Assembly: GCA_020632195.1 (NCBI GenBank)
Contig: JACKGA010000002.1
Coordinates: 66,896-130,895 of the forward strand
Direction: 5' to 3'
Length of the DNA: 64,000 nt
Source of the DNA: Candidatus Nomurabacteria bacterium
GTDB lineage: Bacteria > Patescibacteriota > Minisyncoccia > Phycocordibacterales > UBA1006
The notes under the pieces are model-generated. The model made no database searches. It was given only the letters and a program-made list of their open reading frames with translations, and was not told the DNA's origin. Within the stretch, counting starts at the first letter, position 1. The number at the start of each line of letters is the position of its first letter. The translations under genes and the position numbers were made by a program. Shown one piece after another: positions 36,336 to 44,978 of this stretch.

Positions 36336-37454
36336 CTATAATGCCTCAATTTCAAGTCTTTTTTCATCCACTTGTCGCTCCACAATTCTAAACCGTAACT
36401 GCCCAAGCTCTTGGTCGCGCTTCGTCAGGAAACGAACACGCCAGCGCCCCGGCCAGACATTGCTCTTGGTAGAAAATCCCCGATAACCGCCATCGCGCCC
36501 ACCGACAATCGTAATCGGGATACAGGTAGCTGATTTCCATGCACGAGCTGCATCATCGAACCACTCCCAGCAATGACGTATTTGCGCGTGAATATTATTT
36601 GGAGCAAATACCGAAGCAAAAACATACACTCCCTTGCCATCTTGCCATGCAATACGATGTGATCGTGTGCGTATCACATTATACCAGGGGGTCTTTTCAT
36701 ATGCAGTATGGTAGATGAGACCATCGGATGTCTCTTCTTTTGTAATAGAGAGGTACGGCGCCTTGTTCTGTAAAGAGAGAGGAATGGGTGGGATGATATT
36801 CATAAAATAGAAAAAATTCATAATCACGACAATACCAAGGATGCCAGCCACAATACCAGCACTTCTCTCACGAATGCCATATCGGTCGAGCCACCACAGC
36901 ACCCACACAAAACACCCAGCAACTGCCAAGCTAACAAGACTACTTAAGATAAACATCCCTGCCGAAATCTTGTTGGTAAGAATAGGTATCAAAAAAATCG
37001 AATAGCATAAAAGTGCAAAATAGTAGACACCAATTTGTACGGTACGATGGAGAAAGTAATTTTGCTTCCACTCAGTCGCCAGCATAATCGCCAATAAACC
37101 CAATACTAAAAACCAGCTCGTTAGAAATGAGGCACTGCGAAGATAAAAAATAAAAAAACCACTATACAAAGCCCCAAAAGAAAAAAGCATGATTCCCTGC
37201 GCCCAGCGTCGCCATGTTTCTACTTTGGGATGATCTTGTAAATATTCAAAATCGGTCGCATGCAAAAAAGCAATAGCCGTACCCGAAAGCACCAAATGGA
37301 TGACGAAGATAAGGTTATCAAATACCTGATCGATCCGATTGAGGGTAAACCAGTCTGCCACAAAACCACCAATCAAAATAAGCGGCATCGTGAGGTGTTT
37401 GTGTGTCGCGATAAAGTCTTTGATGGTGTCGCGTGTTTGAGTGAGAGTGCTCAT
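36336..37454 (-). CDS. polytopic membrane protein with DUF2914-like C-terminal domain
   Basis: About 7 hydrophobic helices. The C-terminal GGRDGGYRGFSTKSNVWPGRWRVRFLTKRDQELGQLRFRIV resembles DUF2914. Confidence 0.65.
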   Translation of the reverse strand: MSTLTQTRDTIKDFIATHKHLTMPLILIGGFVADWFTLNRIDQVFDNLIFVIHLVLSGTAIAFLHATDFEYLQDHPKVETWRRWAQGIMLFSFGALYSGFFIFYLRSASFLTSWFLVLGLLAIMLATEWKQNYFLHRTVQIGVYYFALLCYSIFLIPILTNKISAGMFILSSLVSLAVAGCFVWVLWWLDRYGIRERSAGIVAGILGIVVIMNFFYFMNIIPPIPLSLQNKAPYLSITKEETSDGLIYHTAYEKTPWYNVIRTRSHRIAWQDGKGVYVFASVFAPNNIHAQIRHCWEWFDDAARAWKSATCIPITIVGGRDGGYRGFSTKSNVWPGRWRVRFLTKRDQELGQLRFRIVERQVDEKRLEIEAL

Positions 37455-37499
37455 GGTGTGTAGGATAGCAGAATTGAGTAAAAATAAAACTCAGAATCA

Positions 37500-38006
37500 T
37501 CAAGGATCCTGAGTTAGATTTTTTAGAGCTTCTAAAAATTCTTGATAAGTAAGAATACCCCCTCTTGCTTTTGCAACAATACTGAGGTGAAATAATGTTT
37601 CTGAATCTATAGTATCAGACATCCATTTCGTAACTTGCTCTGTTTTCGATTTTTCTTTAAACATATTTTCTTTAGAAAAATATTCTTTGAACTCAAAAAT
37701 AAATTTTGAAAGCTCGAAATCTGATACACCTGGAATCAATTTCTTGCAACGTTCTAGGACTATAACTTTATATGTCTCAAAATGATTAGAAATCCGCTTG
37801 GATCCAAGTTCGGTCTCTGTCTTTAATTGTTGATTGATATATGGTCGAATACTTTCTGAATTTTTACCAAAAAAAGTATTCTTCTTACTTGATACATTAA
37901 CTGCAAAGTTAGCAAATTCGGTCTGGGTTTTAAATAATACCTTATTGTCAAGGATTTTATGTTGCGCTTTGGTCAAAAAATACTTTATTTTACTAATTGG
38001 TTTCAT
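37500..38006 (-). CDS. hypothetical protein (AT-rich singleton)
   Basis: 168-aa ORF. No family recognised. Confidence 0.45.
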   Translation of the reverse strand: MKPISKIKYFLTKAQHKILDNKVLFKTQTEFANFAVNVSSKKNTFFGKNSESIRPYINQQLKTETELGSKRISNHFETYKVIVLERCKKLIPGVSDFELSKFIFEFKEYFSKENMFKEKSKTEQVTKWMSDTIDSETLFHLSIVAKARGGILTYQEFLEALKNLTQDP

Positions 38007-38073
38007 TTTTATCTTCTTTTTAAATTGTTAAGAATCCAAACAGAAAATACTACAGTGTGTCATTATTGTCAAT

Positions 38074-40188
38074 CTACACATCCAACTCCGCCATTTTTGC
38101 ATTTCCTTGGATAAATGATTTACGCGACGCCACATCATTCCCCATCAAAATATCAAAAATACGGTCAGCTTCTTCGGCGTCTTCTACGGTCACCTGTTTG
38201 AGCTGGCGTGTCGCTGGGTTCATGGTTGTTTCCCACAATTCTTCGGCATTCATTTCTCCCAAACCTTTGTATCGCTGGATATTGATCTTGGCAGATCGCT
38301 TTGTCTTAGTTTCTTCTTCTGTCTCTTCGTTCTCTTCCTCATCAGCAGAAGTCTCTGGGTCATCCGCATTGTTGGCTATAGCTAACTCATCAGCCGACCC
38401 TCCCATATCGATAAATGCCGCATCTTTCTCGGTATCGCTGTAGACATAACGTATATCTTTCCCTTTTGAAAGTTTATACAGTGGTGGCTGGGCAATATAT
38501 AAAAATCCTGCATCAATAACTTCGTGGAAATAACGGAAGAAGAGGGTCATAAGGAGCGTCTGGATGTGTGCCCCATCGACGTCGGCGTCGGTACCGATGA
38601 TGATTTTTTTGTAGCGGATTTTTTCAAGGTCAAAAGTCTCTCCAATTGATGTTCCTAATGCAATCACAAGATTTTTAATTTCATTGTTCGCAACCATACG
38701 ATCCAAGCGTGCACGCTCGACATTCAATGGCTTACCACGCAGTGGGAGAATAGCCTGCGTGCGGCGATCACGCCCCTGTTTGGCGGTACCACCCGCAGAG
38801 TCTCCCTCTACGATCAATAATTCTGATTCGTCGGCACTACGTGATGAACAGTCGGCGAGTTTTCCTGGGAGCGTCATCCCTTCAAGCGCTCCTTTACGCA
38901 AAATTGAATCCTTAGCAGCTTTGGCAGCTTTGCGAGCCTTGAGAGCAAGAACCGCTTTGCGAATAATTGATTTCGCATCGTCAGGATTTTCTTCTAAGAA
39001 ATAATCAAAAGCTTCACCAAAAACACTTTCTACAGCACCACGCGCTTCGGGACTTCCCAATTTATCTTTGGTCTGTCCTTCAAATTGGATTTCTGGCATT
39101 TTTACAGAAATAACTGCGACAATACCCTCAAGCAGATCATCGCCAGCAAATGATCCATCTTTTTCTGAAAGAATCTTGTTCTTTTTATTATAATTATTGA
39201 GCAGGCGTGTCAGAGCTGTCTTGAAACCGGTCACATGCATACCACCACCTGGGGTTGAGATATTGTTGGCAAAGCCGACAATCTTAGGATTCACATCATC
39301 GACATATTGCAAAGCTACTTCTACCTCGATATCCATTCCGTCGTGCGCTGGGTCTGGCACTTCTTTGACGACATGAAAAATATTCTTATGAACCTTTTTT
39401 TCATGAAGCGTAAAATGCTCCACCATCGAAACAAGCCCTCCTTCAAAATAATAGGTCTGAGAGAGCACATCAAGCCCCAGATCTTCACGCAAGTAGTAGG
39501 CATTCTCATGATCGATTTTTCCTTCGTATTCGCGCGCATCCAAAAGAACAATGCGTGTCCCTGAAACGAGATACGCCTGCTGGCGATAGTGGTGAACGAT
39601 ACTTTCCCAGTTATATTTTACGCTTGAAAAAATTTCTTCATCGGGACAAAAAGTTACGATAGTTCCTGTGCGATCAGACGTACCTATTTTCTTCACATCA
39701 GCCTTTTTCTTTCCAATAGAATATTCTTGCATATACCTACCGCCATCACGATGCACTACCACGCGTGTATGGATAGAGAGCGCATTAACCACCGATGCTC
39801 CCACACCATGAAGCCCTCCTGATACTTTGTATCCACTATCTGCTCCACCAAATTTACCTCCAGCGTGGAGTGTCGTCATGATAGTCTCGAGAGCGGACAC
39901 ACCTGTTTTCTTGTGTTTATCTACTGGAATGCCACGTCCATTATCAGCCACACGCACATAGCCACCTGGTAGCAAGGTAATCTCGATGTGGTCGCAGTGT
40001 CCTGCCATGGCTTCGTCGCGACTATTATCGAAAATTTCTTTAATCATGTGGTGTAAACCAGTCGAACCAGTCGAACCAATATACATCCCCGGGCGTTTGC
40101 GTACCGGTTCCAATCCTTCAAGAACCGAAATATCATCGGCAGAATAGTTAGATGTTACTTTCTTTGAATCGTCTTTTTTCTTGGGCAT
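38074..40188 (-). CDS. gyrB: DNA gyrase subunit B (with an acidic insertion near the C-terminus)
   Basis: GLHHMIKEIFDNSRDEA, Toprim LIVEGDSAGG, PLRGKPLNV and YKGLGEMNAEELWETTM. There is an E/D-rich insert ...ADDPETSADEEENEETEEETK. Confidence 0.96.
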   Translation of the reverse strand: MPKKKDDSKKVTSNYSADDISVLEGLEPVRKRPGMYIGSTGSTGLHHMIKEIFDNSRDEAMAGHCDHIEITLLPGGYVRVADNGRGIPVDKHKKTGVSALETIMTTLHAGGKFGGADSGYKVSGGLHGVGASVVNALSIHTRVVVHRDGGRYMQEYSIGKKKADVKKIGTSDRTGTIVTFCPDEEIFSSVKYNWESIVHHYRQQAYLVSGTRIVLLDAREYEGKIDHENAYYLREDLGLDVLSQTYYFEGGLVSMVEHFTLHEKKVHKNIFHVVKEVPDPAHDGMDIEVEVALQYVDDVNPKIVGFANNISTPGGGMHVTGFKTALTRLLNNYNKKNKILSEKDGSFAGDDLLEGIVAVISVKMPEIQFEGQTKDKLGSPEARGAVESVFGEAFDYFLEENPDDAKSIIRKAVLALKARKAAKAAKDSILRKGALEGMTLPGKLADCSSRSADESELLIVEGDSAGGTAKQGRDRRTQAILPLRGKPLNVERARLDRMVANNEIKNLVIALGTSIGETFDLEKIRYKKIIIGTDADVDGAHIQTLLMTLFFRYFHEVIDAGFLYIAQPPLYKLSKGKDIRYVYSDTEKDAAFIDMGGSADELAIANNADDPETSADEEENEETEEETKTKRSAKINIQRYKGLGEMNAEELWETTMNPATRQLKQVTVEDAEEADRIFDILMGNDVASRKSFIQGNAKMAELDV

Positions 40189-40299
40189 AAATATGGGTTT
40201 TCAGAATGTCTGAAGGTTCGGTTAGCTTTATAAAATAAGGACTTTAGTGTCTTTTTGACAGAACTAGTATAGCAAAAATATTAGGCTACGTCACTTCTA

Positions 40300-40308
40300 T
40301 GTTATAAT
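40300..40308 (+). promoter_or_regulatory. extended -10 TGtTATAAT 9 nt upstream of ATG 40318
   Basis: Read directly. Confidence 0.45.
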
Positions 40309-40317
40309 CGTGTTTGT

Positions 40318-40902
40318 ATGCAACATCAAGAAATTGAATACACATTCACGAATATTGAACCCAAAATACTGGAACAGCAACTTATTGATCTAGGCGCCGA
40401 AAAGCAATTTGATATGGTTTTTGAATCAGTGGTTTTTGATTATCCTGATTTCCGCCTCAATGAAAAAAGCGCCTGGGTTCGTCTGCGCAAAGAAGGTGAA
40501 AAAATTATGCTCGCCTATAAGGAGCGCCTCGGTGTCCATGGCAACGAAAATGCGCACCATGATGGAACAAAAGAGATTGAGTTTGGGGTTACTGATTTTG
40601 AAGCGGCAATTGAATTTATGAAATCTCTTGGTCTCATTATCAAATACCACCAAGAAAAACGCCGTATCCGCTATACGAAAGATGGTGTAGAATTTGATAT
40701 TGATTTTTGGCCATATATTGACCCCATCCTTGAAATCGAATCTGATAGCGAAGAAAAGATAGATGAAGCCGCCGCAGCGCTCGGTTTTGAGCCCGAAGAT
40801 AAAAAAAGCGTCAATTCATTTTTTCTTTATAAAGAAGCTGGGATTGATCTATTGGAATACGAAAAGATTACATTTAGTGAGCTGAAGAAAAGAGAACAAT
40901 AA
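40318..40902 (+). CDS. CYTH-domain protein (class IV adenylate cyclase / triphosphate tunnel metalloenzyme family)
   Basis: N-terminal EIEYTF (ExExK-like), WVRLRKEG and later EFDIDFWP...LEIE strands, typical of CyaB/CYTH proteins. Confidence 0.75.
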   Translation: MQHQEIEYTFTNIEPKILEQQLIDLGAEKQFDMVFESVVFDYPDFRLNEKSAWVRLRKEGEKIMLAYKERLGVHGNENAHHDGTKEIEFGVTDFEAAIEFMKSLGLIIKYHQEKRRIRYTKDGVEFDIDFWPYIDPILEIESDSEEKIDEAAAALGFEPEDKKSVNSFFLYKEAGIDLLEYEKITFSELKKREQ

Positions 40903-40921
40903 GTACCGAGTACTTCAAATC

Positions 40922-41027
40922 GTGTCGTCCTAGAACTTTTCTGAGAAAGGAAAAAAATATCTTGGATCCAGGATATCGTAACCGCACCCTACCGCACCCT
41001 GGGTCCCCGCCTGCGCGGGGATGACAC
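40922..41027. mobile_element. MITE-like element, 106 bp, GTGTCGTCC...GGATGACAC inverted ends
   Basis: The ends and about 49 nt plus 27 nt of flanking interior align with the reverse complement of the 59600 copy. It contains GGATCC, a tandem accgcaccct x2 and a CCCCGC-ctgc-GCGGGG hairpin. Confidence 0.7.
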
Positions 41028-41047
41028 GTTGGAGGTATTTTGAGTAT

Positions 41048-41230
41048 CTACAACTCCAATGCCTCATCAATCATTTCCTGATGCTCTTCAACATGAGTGG
41101 CAATAGGTCCTGCGATCACACTTTCGGCTTTCCCTTTTACTATAATGAGAAAGAGCACGAAAAAGAGTACAAGGGCAAACAATGCCATGACTGCTCTATG
41201 ATTTCTTTCCTGTGAAGTGATTACTGTCAT
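41048..41230 (-). CDS. possible small membrane protein
   Basis: 60-aa ORF with one hydrophobic helix, directly downstream of the FAD-oxidase gene. Weak support. Confidence 0.3.
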   Translation of the reverse strand: MTVITSQERNHRAVMALFALVLFFVLFLIIVKGKAESVIAGPIATHVEEHQEMIDEALEL

Positions 41231-41247
41231 AATCTATTAACTCTTAT

Positions 41248-42993
41248 CTACGCAAGATATTTCCTCATATCCTCTTTCGTCATGCCGACTTTTTTTCCAG
41301 GGTTAAAGATATTATTGGGATCAAAAATACGTTTTACTTTCGCAAAAAGCGCTGTCATCGAGCTGCCAAACATTTTTTGGATATAGGGGGTACGGACAAT
41401 ACCATCATTATGTTCAGCCGTGAGAGATGCACCATACGAAAGGGCGAGATCATATACCCGGTCAGAAACTTCAAAAATTTTATCTCGATTTTGCTGTTGA
41501 TTCATATCCATTAACGGTACCACATGGAAATTCCCATTCCCGAGATGTCCTGCGATCGTATAGTTCAAATCATACTCAACAAGAATATCAATCAATTTGG
41601 GTAAGTATTCAGGTAGATACTCAGGATTGATTGCGATATCGTCGATAAAGGGGGCTGTGCGCGTGCCGTCGCCAGAAGTACGTGTTGCCAGTGTGTGTTC
41701 GGTCAGAAGCTTGAACGAATCGTGTCGAAAATCCCAAAAACGTTCTTCGCCATGCTTGTGGCGAACCTGTCGCATCCGCATACCGAGCGACTTGATATGG
41801 TCAAATGCTTCTTGCATTTCGATATGAAGCCCTTCTTCATCATTGGAGACAAATTCGGCAAGCACAATGAGCTTGGGAATTTTCCAACGGGTAACAATCA
41901 TCCATACTTCGGGCAAGAACCGTAATGCATATTTAATCGCACCAAAAAACCCTTTGTCTTTGATAAAATCTTTGAAAAACGCAATTCCTGTTTTGAAAGT
42001 CTGATCGTCATACATTTCAAGCATTTCTAGATCTGACTGCATGAGTTTTTCTACCAATTCTGGCACCGTATCTAAGTCATCCACAAACACAACTAGAAGA
42101 TCTGATTCTTTTTCGACCTCAACTAATTTATAGGTAATTTCAGTAATCAATCCTGTGGTCCCCTGCGCACCGACAAAGAGCTTTGTCATATCAAAATACC
42201 CTTTCCCTTGTACAAACGCATCGAGAGAATCTGCCTGAATAACATCCCACAAAAAATATCCTGATGAATTTTTAGAAGTCTGTGGTTTTTTTGATTGAAT
42301 CAGTTCATAGTTATCACGCACCAAATTCCAAATTTCTTTATATATATTCCCCTCAAAATCTTTTTGCTTGATCTTTTCTTCAAGTTCTTTTTTTGAGAGA
42401 GGCTTGATTATGTATTCATTCCCATCGGCTAGTACAACTTTTAGCTCTTGAACAAAGTCTTTATTCTGTCCGTATTTTAATGATTTTTCACCAGCGCCAT
42501 TATTGGCAACCATACCTCCTACCGCACACAGCGCCTTGGATGCTGGGTAGCATGGCAAAACCAGATTATGTGCTAATGTTGCTGGTTCAAAATCACGATA
42601 AAATGTCCCGGGTAATACGGTTGCTTGTCCTGCAATACGATAATCGTGACCCCAAAATGAAGTTTGATTTGGGTACTCGTTTGTACGCGATACCTCTAGT
42701 ACTCCTGATAGGTATCGTGTCACATCCATAATAATTCCATGATTCAGTGGCCCGCCCGTCATATCGGTCCCTGCGGCACGCGCGGTAATCGAGAGTTGTC
42801 CCTCCTTCCACTTTCCACTTTCTAGGTGCTGACGAACCCATGCCACAAGTGCTTTGATATCCTCTGTATCTTTCGGATATACCACTGCACTTGGCATGAT
42901 TTTAAAGAGGCTCCAGTCGGTCGAGTACTTTTGAAGTACCTCATCTGTATATTCAATATCGCCTTTCAATTTTTCTTGGAGTGATTCAAACAT
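41248..42993 (-). CDS. FAD-binding oxidoreductase (GlcD / D-lactate dehydrogenase family)
   Basis: N-terminal PCMH-type FAD-binding pattern (ITARAAGTDMTGG, VGGMVANNGAGEKS). The C-terminus ends in RIFDPNNIFNPGK. Confidence 0.8.
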   Translation of the reverse strand: MFESLQEKLKGDIEYTDEVLQKYSTDWSLFKIMPSAVVYPKDTEDIKALVAWVRQHLESGKWKEGQLSITARAAGTDMTGGPLNHGIIMDVTRYLSGVLEVSRTNEYPNQTSFWGHDYRIAGQATVLPGTFYRDFEPATLAHNLVLPCYPASKALCAVGGMVANNGAGEKSLKYGQNKDFVQELKVVLADGNEYIIKPLSKKELEEKIKQKDFEGNIYKEIWNLVRDNYELIQSKKPQTSKNSSGYFLWDVIQADSLDAFVQGKGYFDMTKLFVGAQGTTGLITEITYKLVEVEKESDLLVVFVDDLDTVPELVEKLMQSDLEMLEMYDDQTFKTGIAFFKDFIKDKGFFGAIKYALRFLPEVWMIVTRWKIPKLIVLAEFVSNDEEGLHIEMQEAFDHIKSLGMRMRQVRHKHGEERFWDFRHDSFKLLTEHTLATRTSGDGTRTAPFIDDIAINPEYLPEYLPKLIDILVEYDLNYTIAGHLGNGNFHVVPLMDMNQQQNRDKIFEVSDRVYDLALSYGASLTAEHNDGIVRTPYIQKMFGSSMTALFAKVKRIFDPNNIFNPGKKVGMTKEDMRKYLA

Positions 42994-43020
42994 GTGAGTA
43001 TTATACTAAATCGCTTTCAC

Positions 43021-43914
43021 TTATGAAAGAAACAACGCAATCCTCCCTTTCACCAATTCTTTCACCGCATCTTCACATGCCGGGAGATAGTGTGTCGGCG
43101 ATACTGATGGGTCGCTCGCCAGTTGTTGTTCGAGGGTTTCGCGATATATTTTACGGATCTCGGTACTCAAATGAATAATTCTGATACCTGCTTTGATGGC
43201 TTTGACAAAATCTTCATCGCTCACACCCGATCCACCATGCAAGACGAGTGGGACCCCTGTCGCCTCGGCAACCTCAGCAATACGCGTATGGTCAAGTGCT
43301 GGATTTCCAGACTTGATCATGCCATGCACATTCCCCACCGATGGCGCCAACGCGTCGATCCCTGTTGTTTCGACAAATTTCTTTGCCTCTGCTGGGTCAG
43401 TCATGGCTTCAGGGCCAATCCCTTCGGGAAGTGAGTCTTTCAAATCTGAGCCTGAGCTAATAAACCCGAGCTCAGCCTCAATAATGCATTCTGGATTGAC
43501 ATCATTTTTATAAACAACAACTTCGTTAGTCTTTTTCAGATTGGTTTCGTAGCCTTCTTTGATCCCATCATAAATAACCATGTCATAACCAAGGTCAATA
43601 ACTCGAAAAACTGGGTCCAGTGATTCTTTACCATGCGTATGATCTGCATCGATAAAAATCGGATACTCATACACCTCACGCATCATCTTGACTAATGATA
43701 CTGCTTCAATTTCGCCAAAGATTTCCCTGTCTCCTTCCGAGACACCAACAATAATCGGTATTTTCCCATCGACAAATGGGTGGTCGAGTTCGTCTGATGC
43801 TTCTTGGGCAGCTTTCAAAATCCCTCGCAACATCGTCATGGTACCAAAATTGAAATGCCCGATACCAACATGGTGTTGGTGTGCTTCTTTGATATATTCA
43901 CGTAGTGTTTTCAT
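43021..43914 (-). CDS. fba: class II fructose-bisphosphate aldolase
   Basis: GIGHFNF, IFIDADHTHG and LVLHGGSGVSDEDF motifs. ATG 43914 is preferred. Confidence 0.9.
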   Translation of the reverse strand: MKTLREYIKEAHQHHVGIGHFNFGTMTMLRGILKAAQEASDELDHPFVDGKIPIIVGVSEGDREIFGEIEAVSLVKMMREVYEYPIFIDADHTHGKESLDPVFRVIDLGYDMVIYDGIKEGYETNLKKTNEVVVYKNDVNPECIIEAELGFISSGSDLKDSLPEGIGPEAMTDPAEAKKFVETTGIDALAPSVGNVHGMIKSGNPALDHTRIAEVAEATGVPLVLHGGSGVSDEDFVKAIKAGIRIIHLSTEIRKIYRETLEQQLASDPSVSPTHYLPACEDAVKELVKGRIALFLS

Positions 43915-43990
43915 GGAAGAGTTGCAAGTTGCAAGTTGCAAGCAAGGAGTCAGTAAAAAACCTTAAAACTTGAAACTTAAAACTTGTATA
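43915..43990 (-). promoter_or_regulatory. fba 5' leader with two heptad arrays that are mutually complementary
   Basis: On the mRNA strand, (AGTTTYA)x3 lies at 43964-43984 and (TTGCAAC)x3 at 43921-41. CAAGTT in the first array is the reverse complement of AACTTG in the second. The second array ends 6 nt before the ATG. Confidence 0.5.
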
Positions 43991-44040
43991 TATAACTAAA
44001 TTCTAATATAGGGGGATAGTGTATTCTTAAAGAAATTTCA

Positions 44041-44898
44041 TTAACTCATAATCGCATTCCAGTCATCTGCAAATTTTTGGAGGCCTGTATCAGTCAATTC
44101 GTGAGTAATATCCATATCATGCCAATTGGTGACTGTGTCGAGATTTTGATACTCAATCATCTCCCTCTCTGGCATATCTACAGACATATCTTCCATTACC
44201 GTAAAATTGTGCTCTGCCCACGGAGCAAAAAGTTTGTATGGGATAGTCAGGATATCTGCCCCTGCATACACCGAGAGCGAGATATGTTCAAGACTCCGAA
44301 TACTTGCGGCCAAAACAGCAACATGACTCCCCGCCTCACGATACATCTGCGAGATATTTTTTACCAAAGACACGCCGTCGATTCCTCGGTCATCCAGGCG
44401 TCCGATAAATGGCGAAACACACACCTGCCCTGGTTTGGCGCCGAGAGTTGCCAAGTGTACTGCCCAAGCTTGCCCTTGAGTAAAGCACAGTGTCATATTG
44501 ACATTGGTGCCCTCGTCGACTAGTTGTCGTGCGGCTTCCAGTCCAGCTACCGTAATGGGTAGTTTAATATGTGGATTGGGTAGCCATGCGCGCATGGTGT
44601 GTGCTTGGTCAATCATTTCTTGGGCAGTGGTGTTGGCGTCGGCATAGACTTCGATCGAAATTGATCCATTGGGAATATAGTTATGAATCCGTTCGACAAT
44701 AGATTGATATCCAGCAAGTAGCTGATCTTGCGAGAGCTTCCCTCCTGCTTGGAGTTCTTTGATAATTTCACTTTGTGCGACAAGTGAAGGATTGGTGGTC
44801 TGACCGTCGAGAAAACCTAGCCGGGCTAGAACTTCCTGAGTATGTGAAGGATCACCACTGTCGAGAAATATTTTGGTTGAGGTATCTGATATATGCAT
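44041..44898 (-). CDS. tal: transaldolase family protein
   Basis: FLDSGD...GQTTNPSL motif and TIM-barrel-length protein. It lies next to fba, tkt and rpi genes. Confidence 0.85.
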   Translation of the reverse strand: MHISDTSTKIFLDSGDPSHTQEVLARLGFLDGQTTNPSLVAQSEIIKELQAGGKLSQDQLLAGYQSIVERIHNYIPNGSISIEVYADANTTAQEMIDQAHTMRAWLPNPHIKLPITVAGLEAARQLVDEGTNVNMTLCFTQGQAWAVHLATLGAKPGQVCVSPFIGRLDDRGIDGVSLVKNISQMYREAGSHVAVLAASIRSLEHISLSVYAGADILTIPYKLFAPWAEHNFTVMEDMSVDMPEREMIEYQNLDTVTNWHDMDITHELTDTGLQKFADDWNAIMS

Positions 44899-44906
44899 AT
44901 GGTTTC

Positions 44907-44912
44907 ATTATA
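44907..44912 (-). promoter_or_regulatory. -10 box TATAAT 8 nt upstream of the tal ATG
   Basis: Minus strand reads tctgaTATAATgaaaccatATG. Confidence 0.45.
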
Positions 44913-44932
44913 TCAGACAATTCCCCCCAACC

Positions 44933-44962
44933 AAAAACACCACTCTTTTGAGCGGTGTTTTT
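44933..44962 (-). terminator. terminator after the giant surface-protein gene
   Basis: aaaaacacc...ggtgttttt stem with an inner ctc/gag extension. T-run on the minus strand. Confidence 0.6.
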
Positions 44963-44978
44963 CTCAAGAGCAAATGAA

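Noticed and set aside
38007-40317. Replication origin near gyrB
   Set aside because: No dnaA or dnaN gene is present, and no cluster of DnaA-box-like 9-mers was seen in the flanking intergenic regions.
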